Source: Batkoa obscura
Taxonomy: Eukaryota
Assembly: GCA_030770535.1 (NCBI GenBank)
Contig: JASVEC010000001.1
Span: forward strand, 930,001-994,000
DNA length: 64,000 bases
Reading direction: 5' to 3'
Shown in pieces: positions 45,926 to 60,420 of this stretch (the first letter of the stretch is position 1; each line of letters starts with the position of its first letter). The notes below the pieces were generated by a model, which made no database searches, was not told where the DNA came from, and saw only the letters and a list, made by a program, of their open reading frames with translations. A program made the position numbers and the translations under genes.

Positions 45926-48387
45926 TGAATTAATGAAATAAAGATTAAAATATAATTGCTTTTATAAATGTAATTTTGATGTTGTAGCTTAATTATCGGT
46001 TATAATATGCTAAAAGGTTAATACTATAATAGATAAGGAGAATTTGTAAATGATCTAAATCTAATTACAATACAATTGTAATTAATAACTGAATAAAACA
46101 GATATTTAAATTGATTAATGATATTTTATAATTTTAGACATAGAAATTTACAGTTATTTATACTGTTTGTTAAAAAGAATGTTGATGTATTTTGGTAATA
46201 ATTCTAACTCCACACAGGACCATAAAAATTTCAATTATCACGATTGAGTTTTTTATTTAAATTAAAAAATAGCTCTATAAAATGGGGGTGCACTATTGGA
46301 TTACTAGTAATTTAGCTTACTACAGAAATTCATCACAATCTCTCCAGTTTTTACTTGATTTGAAAATTGGACTTGAATTTCTTTGCTAATATTATTAAAG
46401 TTTAATTTTCTCCAAATAGATATTTCATTGTAATGTGAATAAAATGTTAGAATGGATATTATAATTGGAGACATTAAAATTACTTGGATTTTTACCTTTA
46501 TTATTTTTACTACTTTACTATATTTAGAAGAATCTCTATTTAAATGATTATTTATATAAAACATTATTTTTTAAAAATTAGAAATTCAAATATAGTCAAA
46601 TATCGCAATATAGTAACAAGCCATTAAAATAATTTTATATAAAAGTTTAACTTTATTAATGATTTAAAATAAATAATAGAGAATAAATGATAAATATAGA
46701 TGGTTTTAAACAGATGTTATTTTTATTTTTAGATTCCAATCTTTATTTGTTTTAGTAACTAATTAAATAGATATCAAAGCTAAAATTTTCTAAAACTAAT
46801 ATAAAACCTTTTGATGACAGTTACTTTAATTAGTAGGATAAAAATTAAGGAGTGGAAATGTTAAAATTAATCAATGATAATTATACTAACTGAAATATTA
46901 AACAAGGTTATCTACTATATTCTACAAAACCCTTAAAAGAACTACGCATCCAAATATTCTAATGATAATAATGAAGAATATCATTTCAAAAATAGAATAT
47001 TTTTCCTTTAAGTGCAATAGTATATTGCGTTTAAGTATCAACTTGTTGATATATTACTGCTATAACTATAATAAAAGTAAAAAAGTAAATACAGATATGA
47101 CGATAATGATTCTGGTTTGATTAATGGACATCAACGGTTTCTAATTTTTAAAAATATCAAAAATGATTAAACAACCAATATCAAAACAAAATACGCCAAT
47201 ATAACGGTTATATCAAGATATAACAGTGTTTTTTAATAAAGATAACTTAAATATGCCTGTAAGCTTCTTTTATATTATTTTTTTATTTGAAACTATAGGG
47301 TTATTTCAAAAACAATCATACTTTTTTGGTCATTAAATAAGCTAGTTATTACTTGCAACAGAAGCTACATTCTATGTCTAAGAAGAAAAATGATATTCAA
47401 GTAAAGGTACTTTGATATTGCTATTCGATACCTTTACCCATTAATTTATCCAAAATCTTTGATTAATTTAAAAACTACTTTATAATTAAAATCAAAAATC
47501 AAAAAATTATTGATTATAATTTTAAAAAATAAAAAACAAAACACTATAAGGTCAATCAATTAATCTAACTTATTTATCCAAGTGATAAACGTTTATTTCC
47601 ATAATAACTATAATTTTTTTTGCCTTTTCAGAGCTTATTAGAACAATTATTACTGAGATAATCTTATATTTTTATTATTTTTTATCAGATTCTATAAAAA
47701 ATACATTCCAGCTTTTAAAGCATTATATTGTTTTTTTTAAATCAACTCTTTACTGAAAATGTGTTATTATTTTCAGCTATCATAATAATATAATTTATTA
47801 TTATAACTATTACTATTTTATTAATCATCTATTGCTTGTTGGATAATAATAGTAACATAACTATTATTATAATCACTTGAATTAGACTAAACTTACATTG
47901 TATCTACAACCACATTATTAAACTCTATTTTATAATAATTTTAAATTATTATAAACACAGCTAACTCCTTTTATTTATAAAAAGATCATCAGCTTTTCAA
48001 ATAATACAATTGTATCTATTTTTTAATATTTTGAAAGGTAAAAACCTAAGTATTTTATTAAAAATAAACTAATTTATATTGATCAATCATAAGTATAGTT
48101 TCTTCCATCTCAAAATCAACTTCTAGAATAACTATTTCATTTTCAAGCAACAAATGTTCCTAGCTCTCAACTCAGCAAAAAAGCATCTTCCACTTTTTGC
48201 CATTCTAATTCTCAAAAATCTGCAATTGAAAACCAGTCCAACTTTGAAGCTAGTAACCAAAATTTAAAATCCCAAGATTCAATTCCGATCCCAACTCCAG
48301 CTTCATGGTCGAAAAAAAAAAAATTAAGATGCTAATTTCCTTTAACTCAAAAGAAAATTGAAAAAATAGAATAAAAGAACGACGATT

Positions 48388-51300
48388 ATGGGCAATAATA
48401 AAAGAGGGTTAAGTCCAGTTAAAAGTAAAGATTTTCCGCGTGGAAAAATCGAGAAGAAGACAGATGATAAAGTTGATGAAAGAGAAAGAGAGGTAATTAT
48501 AGATTTCTATTTCTATTTTATTAAAGTGAAGATTAATTCTTTTTTCAATAGGATGTTTTATTTTCCACTCCAAAAGAAAAAAAATCTCGTACAATAAAAA
48601 AGAATAAGAATACAAAATCTCAACCGAGTGATGAACCAAAACTTGAATCTGAAGAAGTTAAATTAGATACTACTCTTACTAAGGTAAACCCTCATCAATT
48701 TCATAATTTTTTTACAAGAATTAAAACCATAAATCTTCTATAGGATTTATCTACTTCCACCTTAATGTTAGGTACAGTGAGCCGTATCTTACCATTAGGT
48801 TTAGTCATTTCTTTACCAAATATGATCACAGCTAGTTGTGATATAACTGAAATATCTTCCGAATATACCAAACAATTAGAACTTATAGAATCTGAAGACC
48901 CATCCTCAGTACCTGATCTTAATTCAATGTATCAATTAGGAGAATATGTATTATGTAGTGTTAAAAAAATTGATTTAGAAAGTAAAAAAGATCGAGTTAA
49001 AATTAGTTTATTACCTAAGGCGATCAATTCAGGTGTTATAGCTAAAGACATTACTGAAGGTCTAATGCTTGCTGGTAGTATTAAAAGTATAGAAGATCAT
49101 GGTATTCAATTGGATTTAGGTATTAAAGATAAAATTGGATTTTTACCAAAGAGTGAATATGAAGATAGTAGCAATGTTTTGATGGTAGGAAAAACAATTA
49201 TGTGCTGTATTGAAACTATTAATGGTAGAGTGATTAATTTAAGTTATAACAATAAGAATAAAAAGAAAGTCAATAAACCAATAAGTCATATTAATTCTAT
49301 CATTCCCGGTATTCAAGTAGATTGTAAAATTAAACAAGTATTATCGAATGGATTAAAAGTGTTATTTATGGGATTTTATGAAGCTACGATTAATTTTTTT
49401 AATTTAAAAGAAAATCCAATGCATATTCAAGATTTAAATCAACATTATCAAATTGGTAAAAGTTTAAAAGCAAGAGTTATATTAACTAGTATTACTTCGA
49501 TGGAGAAAAAGATTCAACTTTCTTTAAGACCGCATATCTTAGCTTTTGTCAATATTCATCAAGCATTGAGTAGCTTTAAGCCTGGTAAACAATTAAGTAA
49601 AGTTAATATTGTTAGAAATGATCCTCGTTCAGGGTTATTATGTATGGCTTATAAGCAATCGGAGGTTAAAGAAGTGGAGGAAAGTAACGATGATGAAGAG
49701 GTTGAAAATGATGCTATAGAATCTGAAGAAGAATCTGAAGAAGAGGATGATGATAGTGTTATGGGATCCGATATAGAAGAAGGTAATGAAGAAGAAAGTA
49801 AAGAGGATCTCAAAGAATTAAATGAGGAAGAAGAAGAATTTGAAAAGGTTCCAATGTTTGTACCATTTTCTAAAGTATCTGATAAAGTATTAGAAAGTTT
49901 AAATGTGAAAGGAGGACTTTATAATGTTGGTACGGAACATTCTGCAAGAGTTATTGGATCTTATGGATTCGAAGGGTTTATTAGATTAACTTTAGAAGAG
50001 TCCGTTGTTCAAGATGAATTTTATAGTATTAATGATTTAAATGCAGGTATGTTGGTCACTGCTACAGTTAAAGAAATCAAAAAAGGAAAAGGTGTTGAAG
50101 TTAGTTTAAGTAAAAATTTACAACATGCATTTATTCCATTGTCTCAAGTTGCTGATAGCGAAGTTTATGCATTAGATAAACGATTTAAAATTGGACAAAC
50201 AGTCCCATGTAGAGTATTAAAAGTTTATTTAGATACTAAAAGCATTATATTAACTTGTAAGAAATCATTATTAAATAGTAAATTACCAATTATATCAAAA
50301 GAGGAAGATGTTATCCCAGGTGTCCAATCTCATGGTGTTATTTCAAAGATATTAGATACTGGTTGTGTAGTTCATTTTTATAATGGTATATCAGGGTTTG
50401 CTCCATTAAATCAATTGAGTGAAAAAATAATTGATGAACCTAAGAAAACTTTTAGAGTGGGTCAAGTAATCAAATGTACTATTAAAAGCAAAACGGAAAA
50501 TAGAATTTCTATTAGTTTTAAAAATAATGAACAAAAAGAAAAGGTAGATATTAGTAAATTAAAAGAAGAAGTAGATAAATTAAAAGTGGGCACTTTAGTC
50601 AATGGTATTATTTCTTCAATTGAAGATAATCGATTTTTAGTTCAATTAGAGAATAGTAATGTTATGGCAATTTTATATTATGCTCATTTAAGTGATCATT
50701 CGGAAAAACATTGTTTTGATATCGCTAAAAATGGATTTAAAATTGGACAATCAATTGAAAATTTATTAATTTTAAGTAAAGACAATCGTATGAAAGTAAT
50801 TGTTACAATGAAATCATTAATTAAAAAAGCCATTCAATTGAATTCATTATTAGTCCCAGAGAAGATTGAAGGAGTTAAACAAGGAGACGTGTTAATTGGA
50901 TTTGTTAAAGGATTAACTACTTATGGTGTATTTGTTAATTTTTTAAATGATGTTAAAGGACTAGCTCCATTAAGTAATTTATCTAATAAGTTTGTCAATA
51001 ATACAGCTGATTTGTTTTTTATTGGACAAACTGTTATTGCTTTAGTAGAAAATGTTAATCAAAATCAGCAAGTTTCATTAAATTTAAAATCGGATATTAT
51101 TAATCAAAAAATTCAACAAAATGAACAAATCAAACAATTAAATATTGAACAATTATTTATTCAATCTTATTTTGAAGAAAATGAACAAATCAAAACTAAG
51201 GATAATAAACAAAAACAAATGAATTATTATTTAGGTCAATTAATTGAAGTTGAATTAAAACAAAAATTGAATTATGGTTGGTTATTTAAAGTTAATAATA

Positions 51301-54300
51301 ATATTGAGGGATTAGCTACTTTAGATCATTTACCTCAACAAAATTATTCAATTGGTGATAAAATTCAAGGTAGAATATTAGATATTGATAGTCAAAATAA
51401 TATGATAGATTTATCTTTTAATATGAAATTTAGTAAAGATAAATATCAACCTAAATTCAATTCAAATAATAAATCAAATAAAATGGATAAAGAAATTAAG
51501 GATTTATTAATAGAACAATTAAATAATAATAATAATAATACATCAGCAATTATTGAATTAGTTAAAGAAGATTATTTAATTGTGTCTTTACCACAATATA
51601 AAGATATAATTAGTTATGTTAATATTAAATCATATAATGAGCGTACATCACCCTTTTTAAAATATAAATATTTACAACAAATTGATTGTAATTTAATTCA
51701 ATTAAATGAGAATAAAAATCAAATATTATTAAAACTAAATAATAATAATAATACTAAAAATAAAATCAATAATAATAGTAAAATCAATAATAATAATAAT
51801 AATATTAAAGGACTAGAAATTGGTAAAGAAGTTACAGGTGTTGTTATGAAAGTATTGAAGAATTCACATAGAATAAGAGTTAGTTTACCAGAACTCAAAA
51901 CTAATGGATTAATGGATTTTAATCAAATATTTAATAATTATAATCAAATTGAGGATCCACTAAAGCCATTTAAAGATTTTCCAGTTAATAAACAAATTCA
52001 ATGTAAGATTATTGATATTTATGAACTAAAAGTAAAAACGTCAATTAAAAATAAAAAAAATAAGATTATTGAATTATCTATGTTAAATGAAGACAATAAT
52101 AATAAGGATGAATATTCAATTGGCGATAAAGTATTAGGATTTATTAAAACAGTTGATAAGAAGGGTATTTTAGTTAAATTAAAGAATAATCGATTAGGAT
52201 TAATTAATTATTTTGATATTTCTAAAGAATATAATATAATTAATAATTATCAACAATTGTTTAAAATAGGTATGCCATTAGAAGTAAAATTATTAGAAAC
52301 AATTAAAGAAGATAAAAAAATTATTAATTTAACTTTAATTAATTGTAAATTATCAACTATGAAATACGATGTTTATCCAATAGCTTATCAATCTTTATCT
52401 GAAATTAAAGTGGATAGTTTATTAACTGGAAAAATGAATTTGACAGATGTAAAGAAGAATTTGATGAATGGATTTGCTTTAAAATTTCATATTAAAAATA
52501 ATGAATATTCAGAATTAAAAGATATTAACGTCAAAGTACAAATAGATCAATTACAAGATAATTATAAAGATATTATTAATTTTATTAATGAAAATTATAA
52601 TTCCTTTTTAAAATTAAAAGTACTACAAGTTAATGAAGATACAATATTTGCTTCATTAAGAGAATCCATTGTTAATAATAATAATTTTATTGGAAGTGTT
52701 AAAAATCAATTATTTGAAGCTATTGAAGATGAATTAATTGAAGGTAATGAAGTTACTGGATTTGTTAAGAAGATTACAGATCGTGGAATTAAATTATATT
52801 TAAATAATGATACTTTTGCTTTAATTGATAATGAAAATTTAATTAATTCAATTGGTAAAGATTGGAATAAAAAAATTCAACAATGTGATGTTTTAAATGG
52901 AAAAGTTGAATCGTAAGTTTAATTATAATAATAATAATCAAATAACAATATTAATCTCATATTAATTATTTAGTATTATTGATGGTAAAATCAAACTTAA
53001 TACTATTACTATAATCAGTAGTATTATCCCCAAACTTAAAGTCAAAAAGCCAATTGTTATAGAAAATGGAAGTTTTGTAATTGTAAAAGCCAAAATATTA
53101 AGAGCTCATAAAGGAGCAATTACTATGTTAATATTGAGAAATCGAAAATTAGCTGTTTGTGCTAAAAATGATCATCGATGTGAATTTCCAAAGAATATTA
53201 ATAATTTAAAGAAAAATCAAATTGTAGATGTTGCTTTAATGGATTTTGATGAAAATAAAAATGCTTATTTAGCTTCATTTAATCAATTGAGTAAAGACGA
53301 TGGGGAGAGTGAGAACGAAAGTGAAGAAGAAGAAGAAGAAGAAGAGGAGATGGAAGATGTTAAAGAAAGTAAAGAAAATGAAGATGAAATTGATATGGAA
53401 GAAGAAGTTATGGAATCATCTGAAGAAATGGAACCATTGGATATTGATGAAGATGTAGAATCTTCAGAAGAAGAAGAAAATATTATGGACATTGAAGATG
53501 AAATGGAAGATAGTGAATCCGAATCTCAACCAAAAAAGAAAAAAGAAAAGAGTCGATATTTATTACCAGAAGATACTACGGCTGATCAAAAAGCACCTCA
53601 AGTAGCTGATGATTATGAAAAATTAATTTTAGCTTCACCCAATGCCTCTTATCTTTGGATTAATTATATGGCATATCATTTACAATTAACTAATTTAGAA
53701 AAAGCAAGACAAGTTGGACAAAGAGCATTACAAACAATTAGTTTAAAAGAAGAAAATGAACGATTTAATGTTCATGTTGCTTTAATTAAATTAGAATATA
53801 AATTTGGAACCAAAGAAACATTAGAAAAACAATTTCAAATATCTAAAGTATCAGTTAATCAACCTAAACATTTGTATTTACAATTAGCTAATACTTACAA
53901 AGAAGATAAAAATGATCAAGAAGTAGAAAAAGTATATTCACAAATGCAAAAACGATTTGCACAAAGTCAAAAAATTTGGTTGACTCAAGTGGAATATTAT
54001 TTAATTAAAAAACGAAATGAGCAAGCACAAAAAATATTATCGCAATCATTAAAATCATTACCAAAAAGAAAACATATTAAAATCATTTTCAAAGCTGCTC
54101 AATTACATTATAAATATACAAATTTTGAAACAGCAAGAACTTTATTTGAGGGGATCTTAGCCAATTATCAAAATAAATTGGATATTTGGGCCGTTTATAT
54201 TGATATGGAAGTTAAGTATAGTAAAGATTTAGATTATGTTCGAGGTATTTTTAATAGAGTATTGAAGCTCAATTGGTCATCTAAGAAAGTTAAATTTTTG

Positions 54301-54399
54301 TTTAAAAAATATTTGGCTATTGAAAATCAAAATGGCGATGTTCAAAAGATTCAATATGTTAAACAATTGGCGGCAGATTATGTTAATTCATTGAATTAG
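48388..54399 (+). CDS. RRP5: rRNA biogenesis protein Rrp5; introns ~48493-48551, 48683-48742, 52913-52973
   Basis: N-terminal DFPRG, many S1 domains, C-terminal HAT repeats (SPNASYLWINYM, LPKRKH, DIWAVYIDME, KKVKFLFKKYL). Confidence 0.95.
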
Positions 54400-55626
54400 A
54401 GAGAAGGAGAGAAGAGTTTATAGATTTATTATTTTTATTCTATTTTTAAAATATTAAGAAATAAAATTGGTTAATTTTGAAATTATTTATTATCATTTTT
54501 AAAAAAAAATAGTTTTGAAATCTCAAAAGTCTAAGTGTATTGAATTATTATCAAATTATAAAAAATATATTTAAAAATAAGTAAAGAGTAAAATATAGTT
54601 TATAAATTTTGTTTCTCGATAACAAAAGCTTACTTTAGTTTCAATTCATTCATTGATATAAAAACACTTTCTAACTCCTAATTTCCATACTTGAACCCTT
54701 TTCATCTTCCTTTCTATTTCCTTCACTACCAATTTTCTAATATTTTTTTACAGCTACTGATTCTGATTCCACCTGTATACAAAAACTAGTTTATTCCAGA
54801 GCACTTTAATAAAATAATCCCTCTTTATTTTCAACTTTAATAGCCAAATTATTTAAAAAAAAAAATTTAAAATATTTAATTGATGTTTCAAGAAAACTCT
54901 GGATTCATTCCTGAATTTCTATTGACAATACTTTATTTTTGGACCTAATGTTTCTATCCCTTATTTTGGATAGTTTATTAATTGAAAGGGGGTCTATCTT
55001 ATTCATTATTTATTTAAAACTATTCCTAATTGAATCCCAATCTTTTATTACAAGTAAAAAATTAAGTGAAGTGAAGTGATTTGATTTTCTGAAATTCAAA
55101 ACTCAACGATATAATCAAGTTTTTTAAAGCCTAAACTTAAGTACTAATTTGATATTCCACTTTTTTGCTAGCTAAGTGATATTTAATAGTTGAATTTGAC
55201 TTAGATAATATGGAGTAGCAAGGATGATGTAGTTCTAGAGTTTATTGAAAACTAAGTCATCCATCTTAATCAGTGTATTGAGCTTAAATTGACAGTTTTA
55301 TAATAAATTGGATGATTATTACAACTTTGATTGAAACAGAATAGGACTATTTTATATTTTATATTTTATATTTTATATTTCGTGTCTTCTCAGTTGAATC
55401 ATGACTATTTTTAAGATTTTTATATTCAACAAATTCAAAATTCAAAATGCTTGTCATGTTGAAATCAAACCAGTAGTAATAAAAATAAAATTCAATTAAA
55501 GTGTCTTTTATTTCTCAAAATCAATAAAAACTAAAAGTGGATTCCATAAATTTTATTTCATAATAATAATAAAAAGCACTTTAGCTTCAACTCTTCTTCC
55601 ATAGATTTAAAATCACTTTAGAAACC

Positions 55627-57375
55627 CTAATTCTTCCCTACCTTAACCCTTTTCTTATCCTTTTTCACCTCCTCTAAAATCAATCGTGCTATATTTTTCG
55701 CTGCTACCGTTTCTACTTCCATACAAGAAATCGCTGGTTCCATTGCATTTAAATAGTATAACCCATTCTCTACTTTAATTTTTGGAAACAACAAATCCTC
55801 CCCATTCCTCTTTTTTAATATTTTCATTTTAGGATAAGCTAACCAAGGTTGATGAGTGATCTTTTCTTTACTGACTTTATTTTTCAATAATGTATTCAAA
55901 TAACCTTCTGGTAATTTTTGGTTAGCAGAAATAGTAACTATTTGGTCTTCAGTATTTTGAGAGATAACAGTGTAAGGTAGAGTCTTATTATAACCAAAAA
56001 TAAGTGAGGGTACAGTTTCTGTTTCTTTTAAGTTAAAAAATATGGGATTTAAAGTATTCTCTTCGATAACGTATTCATGCACTGGTTGATATTGAACCTC
56101 TTCAGATGGCCAATTCAACTTATTAAATTTAATTTGACTTTGATGATAAGGTGTAGCTATTATTATATAATCATATACTTTATCTGAGGCTAAACCATTG
56201 ATATCAAGAGTGTATTGAGGCTTAGATTTATCTTTTTTGTTACGAATTTTGTGGATTTGAGTGATGGCTGAATTGAGATGTAAATTAGCAAAACTATGGG
56301 CCACATATTGCTGGAAGATTTCTTGATTACCCTTGACGGTAGTGTACGCTCCATCCACTATATACAAATAAAAAATAAATTATTTCATTACTATTACATT
56401 CAATTGAACTTACCCCCAATAAGTGCAATAGCGCCTGCCAAAGCATGTAACTCATTATCAATCGTATAAATATTTCTTGAAATAGCTTGTAACATTTCAT
56501 CAGTAAACATCTCCCCAGCTCTCCACTCATTGATTAACACTTCCCTAGTTGTCTTCTTTGCATACTCCAAAATTTCTAATTTCTCAAATAATTCTTCGAC
56601 AGTATTAAAAGTTGGAAAATCCGATTGATATAATTCTAAAAATTTAGCTTTTATGGTGTTAGCAAACTTACTGGCTTGGTAGAAGCCCCAACCATATCGG
56701 TAATAAAATTGCGCTTTGTTATAATAACTGGAGTCCAGTTTAGACACGAATTGTTGTCCATTGTATAAGCCAAAGTCACCTTCACCACGAGCAGTGTTTG
56801 AATAAGCAATGTTGAAATCTTGGGTCGCGTTCTAAATAATGAGTTAAGATAGTTATTAAATAAATATTAAAAATCACTATCAAAACAATTATTTACCATA
56901 ATATTATAATTCACACTAATCAATAAAAAAATAGTTTATTAATACTTTATCCAAAAAATTATTAAAAAAACTTACCTAACAAATACACCGCCTCCTAATT
57001 CAAGTTTATTCTCTTTTTGTAAAGTTAAAGACTTAATTCGTCCACCTACTCGCGAACTTTTTTCAAATAAATCAATCTCAAATGGTAACCGATGGAGTTC
57101 ATCAATGGCTAATTTACCGAGATAATAGCTTAAACTACTTCCACCCGCTCCAGCTCCAATACTATATGAATGAATCAAAAAGTTAGTGATATGTATTTCT
57201 AACGGAAAGGGGAAGGATAAATGGCTCAATGAATTTTAAAAAAAAGTACTTACATAGCTACTTTAATTAAACCATTGTTGTTATCTTTTTCCTTAGTAAA
57301 AGACTTTTGTCGTTCACAAGTAATAAAAGCTATAAGAGTAAAAAGAATTGATAAATAAAAATTATCAAACTTCAT
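55627..57375 (-). CDS. Prenylcysteine oxidase/lyase-like flavoprotein (multi-exon)
   Basis: Signal-like N-terminus, VAIIGAGAGGSS, FEKSSRVGGR, ELGG, WLAYP, YYLNAMEPAISCMEVETVAAKNIA. Confidence 0.85.
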
Positions 57376-58074
57376 TATACTAGATTGAAAAACTTAAATA
57401 AAAAAAGATAAAGGTTGATTTTTTGTTTTGAGTTGAAATATTTTAACATTTTTTCTATAAAGTTGACAATTTAGTCCATTAGTGACATCACCCATTTATG
57501 CTATAGGTTTAAGAATAATATGAAAGAGATTTGTATTAATGTTTATTTATTTAAAGTTTTTTTTTTGACAAATGAAATAGATGGAAGTACAAATGCGGTA
57601 GTAGTATATATAGCTCTGAACTATATTATACAAGTTGTTATTCCTATATAATAGTTTATAGTTTTTATTTTATAGAAACTAAAAATTCATGAGCTTATCT
57701 AAAAACTTAATTATTCCACCCTTAATCAGTCTTCAACTTAATAATTGGAACTTCAATTTAGCCAAAATAGAAATGTGAAATTTAAAACCAGAATTCTCAA
57801 AACCCAAAATTTTTAATTTTTAAAAAAAATATTATACAAAAGATATCGATATTACTTTAACAGCTTAAAAAAAATTCTAAAAAATATAATAAGTAACACT
57901 TTTTTAGTCTCTCAAATTCTTTTTAATCAAACTTTTCAATTCGCTTAAATTTATTATCTTTTTTGAAAAACCAGAGAAATGACTATTTAGATTGAAATGT
58001 GAGCAATTGGCCACAAAGCTTTTGTAACTTTTTTGATTTATTTGGTGTTAATTTTTACAGTCAATTTATTTATA

Positions 58075-58174
58075 TAGGGATGTTTTTTTTGTTTCATCAC
58101 TTTTTCCATCTTTTAAGTGCTATTTGAGTAGAAAGACTGTTAGTAAAATTCTTAAACAAAAAAATAGATCCCCA
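58075..58174 (-). mobile_element. MITE family 1 copy
   Basis: Consensus match, TA flanks. Confidence 0.9.
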
Positions 58175-58790
58175 TATAGTCAATTTTTTATAGCCTAATC
58201 CCTACATCTTTGCTAAATTTTAGCCTAATTTTTTTCTTAAAAGAACAATTAGTTAAATCGCAAAAGAATTACCATAGCTCTAGTAACCAGACTATAGAAT
58301 TGACCAATACCATAATGTCCTAATGGGATAATTTTTGTTATATTGTTTAGATTGGGGTCCTAATGGGTATCTATATAAAGAATACTATATAGAGTTGAAA
58401 AGTTCAATGTTTTTGAGGTTGAGTGTAGAGTAATAAAAAAAGATAGCTAATGTTATAGTTGAATATGTTTATATGAGTATCAAATAAAAAGAAGGATCTT
58501 TGAAAAAGTAATTCGGGCTTAAATAGTTAATAACTCTAACAATCTACTTTCAACTAAAGTCATATAATTGTTTTGTTTTTTTACTGTTTTTTATATAAAT
58601 GTGAGAAATATTAAATCCAAATATTAGTTTAATATTGAATAAGCTTCATATTTCAAACAGGGTTTTATAAAATATTAAAGCTACATTAAACAAATATTAG
58701 TAAAATTATCAATATTTAAAAATGAATAGGATATATATTATTTTATATTACCTTTAAAGTTTATAAAACATTTGAACCTTTTTAATTATA

Positions 58791-58890
58791 CGGGGATGTA
58801 TTTTTATGTTTAAGAATTTTACTAACAATTTTTCCGCTCAAATAGCACTTAAAAGATGGAAAAGTGATGAAACAAAAAAAAACACCCCTA
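58791..58890 (+). mobile_element. MITE family 1 copy
   Basis: TA|CGGGGATGT...CACCCCTA|TA. Confidence 0.9.
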
Positions 58891-58973
58891 TATATTAAAA
58901 TAAATAAGATAATAAGCATTTTATTATAAAAATAGTAATAAAAATTTTTTTCTAAAAAAAGGTCCTAAATATA

Positions 58974-59126
58974 CACCCTTTGAAAAATGTATAAAATCCT
59001 GGGTTGGTAATTTTGCAAGCAAAAAACTTTCTAAAAACTTAATAAAATATTAATAATTTTTAACATTTTGTTAAAATTCTGCCTGTAAATGTTCAATCTT
59101 AGGTTTTAACATTTTTCAAAAAGGTG
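58974..59126. mobile_element. MITE family 3 (foldback)
   Basis: TA|CACCCTTTGAAAAATGT..AAAATCCT ... AGGTTTTAACATTTTTCAAAAAGGTG|TA. Confidence 0.7.
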
Positions 59127-60323
59127 TATTCTAAGTTAATGAGTACTTGACTCGAATTTAAATAATATAATTAATAAATGGTAGGTTTTTTGAACTAACT
59201 TTGGTATCCCAAAAAAAAAATTGAACAAACAGTTGAAAAATTTTCTTAATAACAATTCAATTTAAAATTAAACAAGAAACAAACTATTGTGACAAAAACT
59301 ATTAAGATCTTTGTCTTCACCTTAATTAATTGATTTCCGCTACAATATCTTATTTTTACTTTTAAATCAAATTGAGAAAATATTCTTACAGCTTAAACTT
59401 GGTTAGATTTGTTTGGAACTTTTATTAAATTTTTTCGAATCAAGTTATAAAGTTCAAATATTTTTACTGTGGTAACGTCAGTTATAAAGCAAGGGAGAAA
59501 AAGATAAGACGAAAGCAGGAAGCGTAAAGGAATGAAGTTGTTGAAGTATAGATAGCAAATAAATTTAAGAGTTCCAGCTTCAGATAGAATAATATTTTAC
59601 TTTCAGTTTTACATTTTCGTTATATTGAGTTAACCGAGCTCAGAACAAAGTGGTCTCAGTAAAAGCAAAAGGAGAGATATCGTTGGCTAATACTTTAATA
59701 AAATAGGTATAAATAGCCCAAAGGCTGGTTAAAAGGGTAAAAGCTTAGAGAAAAGTCAAGTAAAAAAATAAAGTTTAAAAAATTATAAAGTATCATAAAA
59801 TAAGTTGCATGATTTTATTATATTGTTATATAATTTAATATTATCAAATTAGTTAAAAAAATATTGATAGAATTTCAACTATATTTTATAACAAAACAGC
59901 TGTTGATGTATACCATTCTATCTTTTAATTAAAATTGATTTTTATTTCGATGGCCTCTTTAATTTTTTTTAATATCTAGTTTTATAATTTTGATAATTCA
60001 CTTAAGAATTGACTTGAAATACATCATACCTATAATAAAACAATTGTGTTTATATTAATGTGAGTTTTATAAAAAAATTATAAATTGTCATAATTAAATA
60101 TTTTGACTCAGAGCCCAATATTCAAGTTTTTAATAAAAATATAATATCGAAACAAACATATTATATTAAGATTACATTTAATTATGTGTTTTAAGTACTA
60201 CAGTCCAATTTAAACAAAAACTGTGCAAGACATTATAATAATTACTTTATAGATAGAATAATCAACATACTACATCAGTGAATTTACTTTTAGCTTCGAT
60301 TTAATCTATAAAAAATTACCATA

Positions 60324-60420
60324 TGGGGGTGTTTTTCTTTGTTTCATCACTTTTTCCATCTTCTAAGTGCTATTTGAGCGGAAAAATTGTTAGTAAAATC
60401 CTTAAAAAAATATATCCCCA
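60324..60420 (-). mobile_element. MITE family 1 copy
   Basis: Consensus match, TA flanks. Confidence 0.9.

Noticed and set aside
47300..48310. Possible divergent gene upstream of RRP5
   Set aside because: The frames checked are interrupted by stops; no recognisable motif
59465..59760. Purine-rich, higher-GC stretch resembling a solo LTR or ncRNA
   Set aside because: No defined termini, target duplication or second copy
527..60420. Dispersed ~100-bp repeat as a CRISPR array or ncRNA gene family
   Set aside because: Not regularly spaced, found in both orientations, has TIRs and a TA duplication; eukaryotic context
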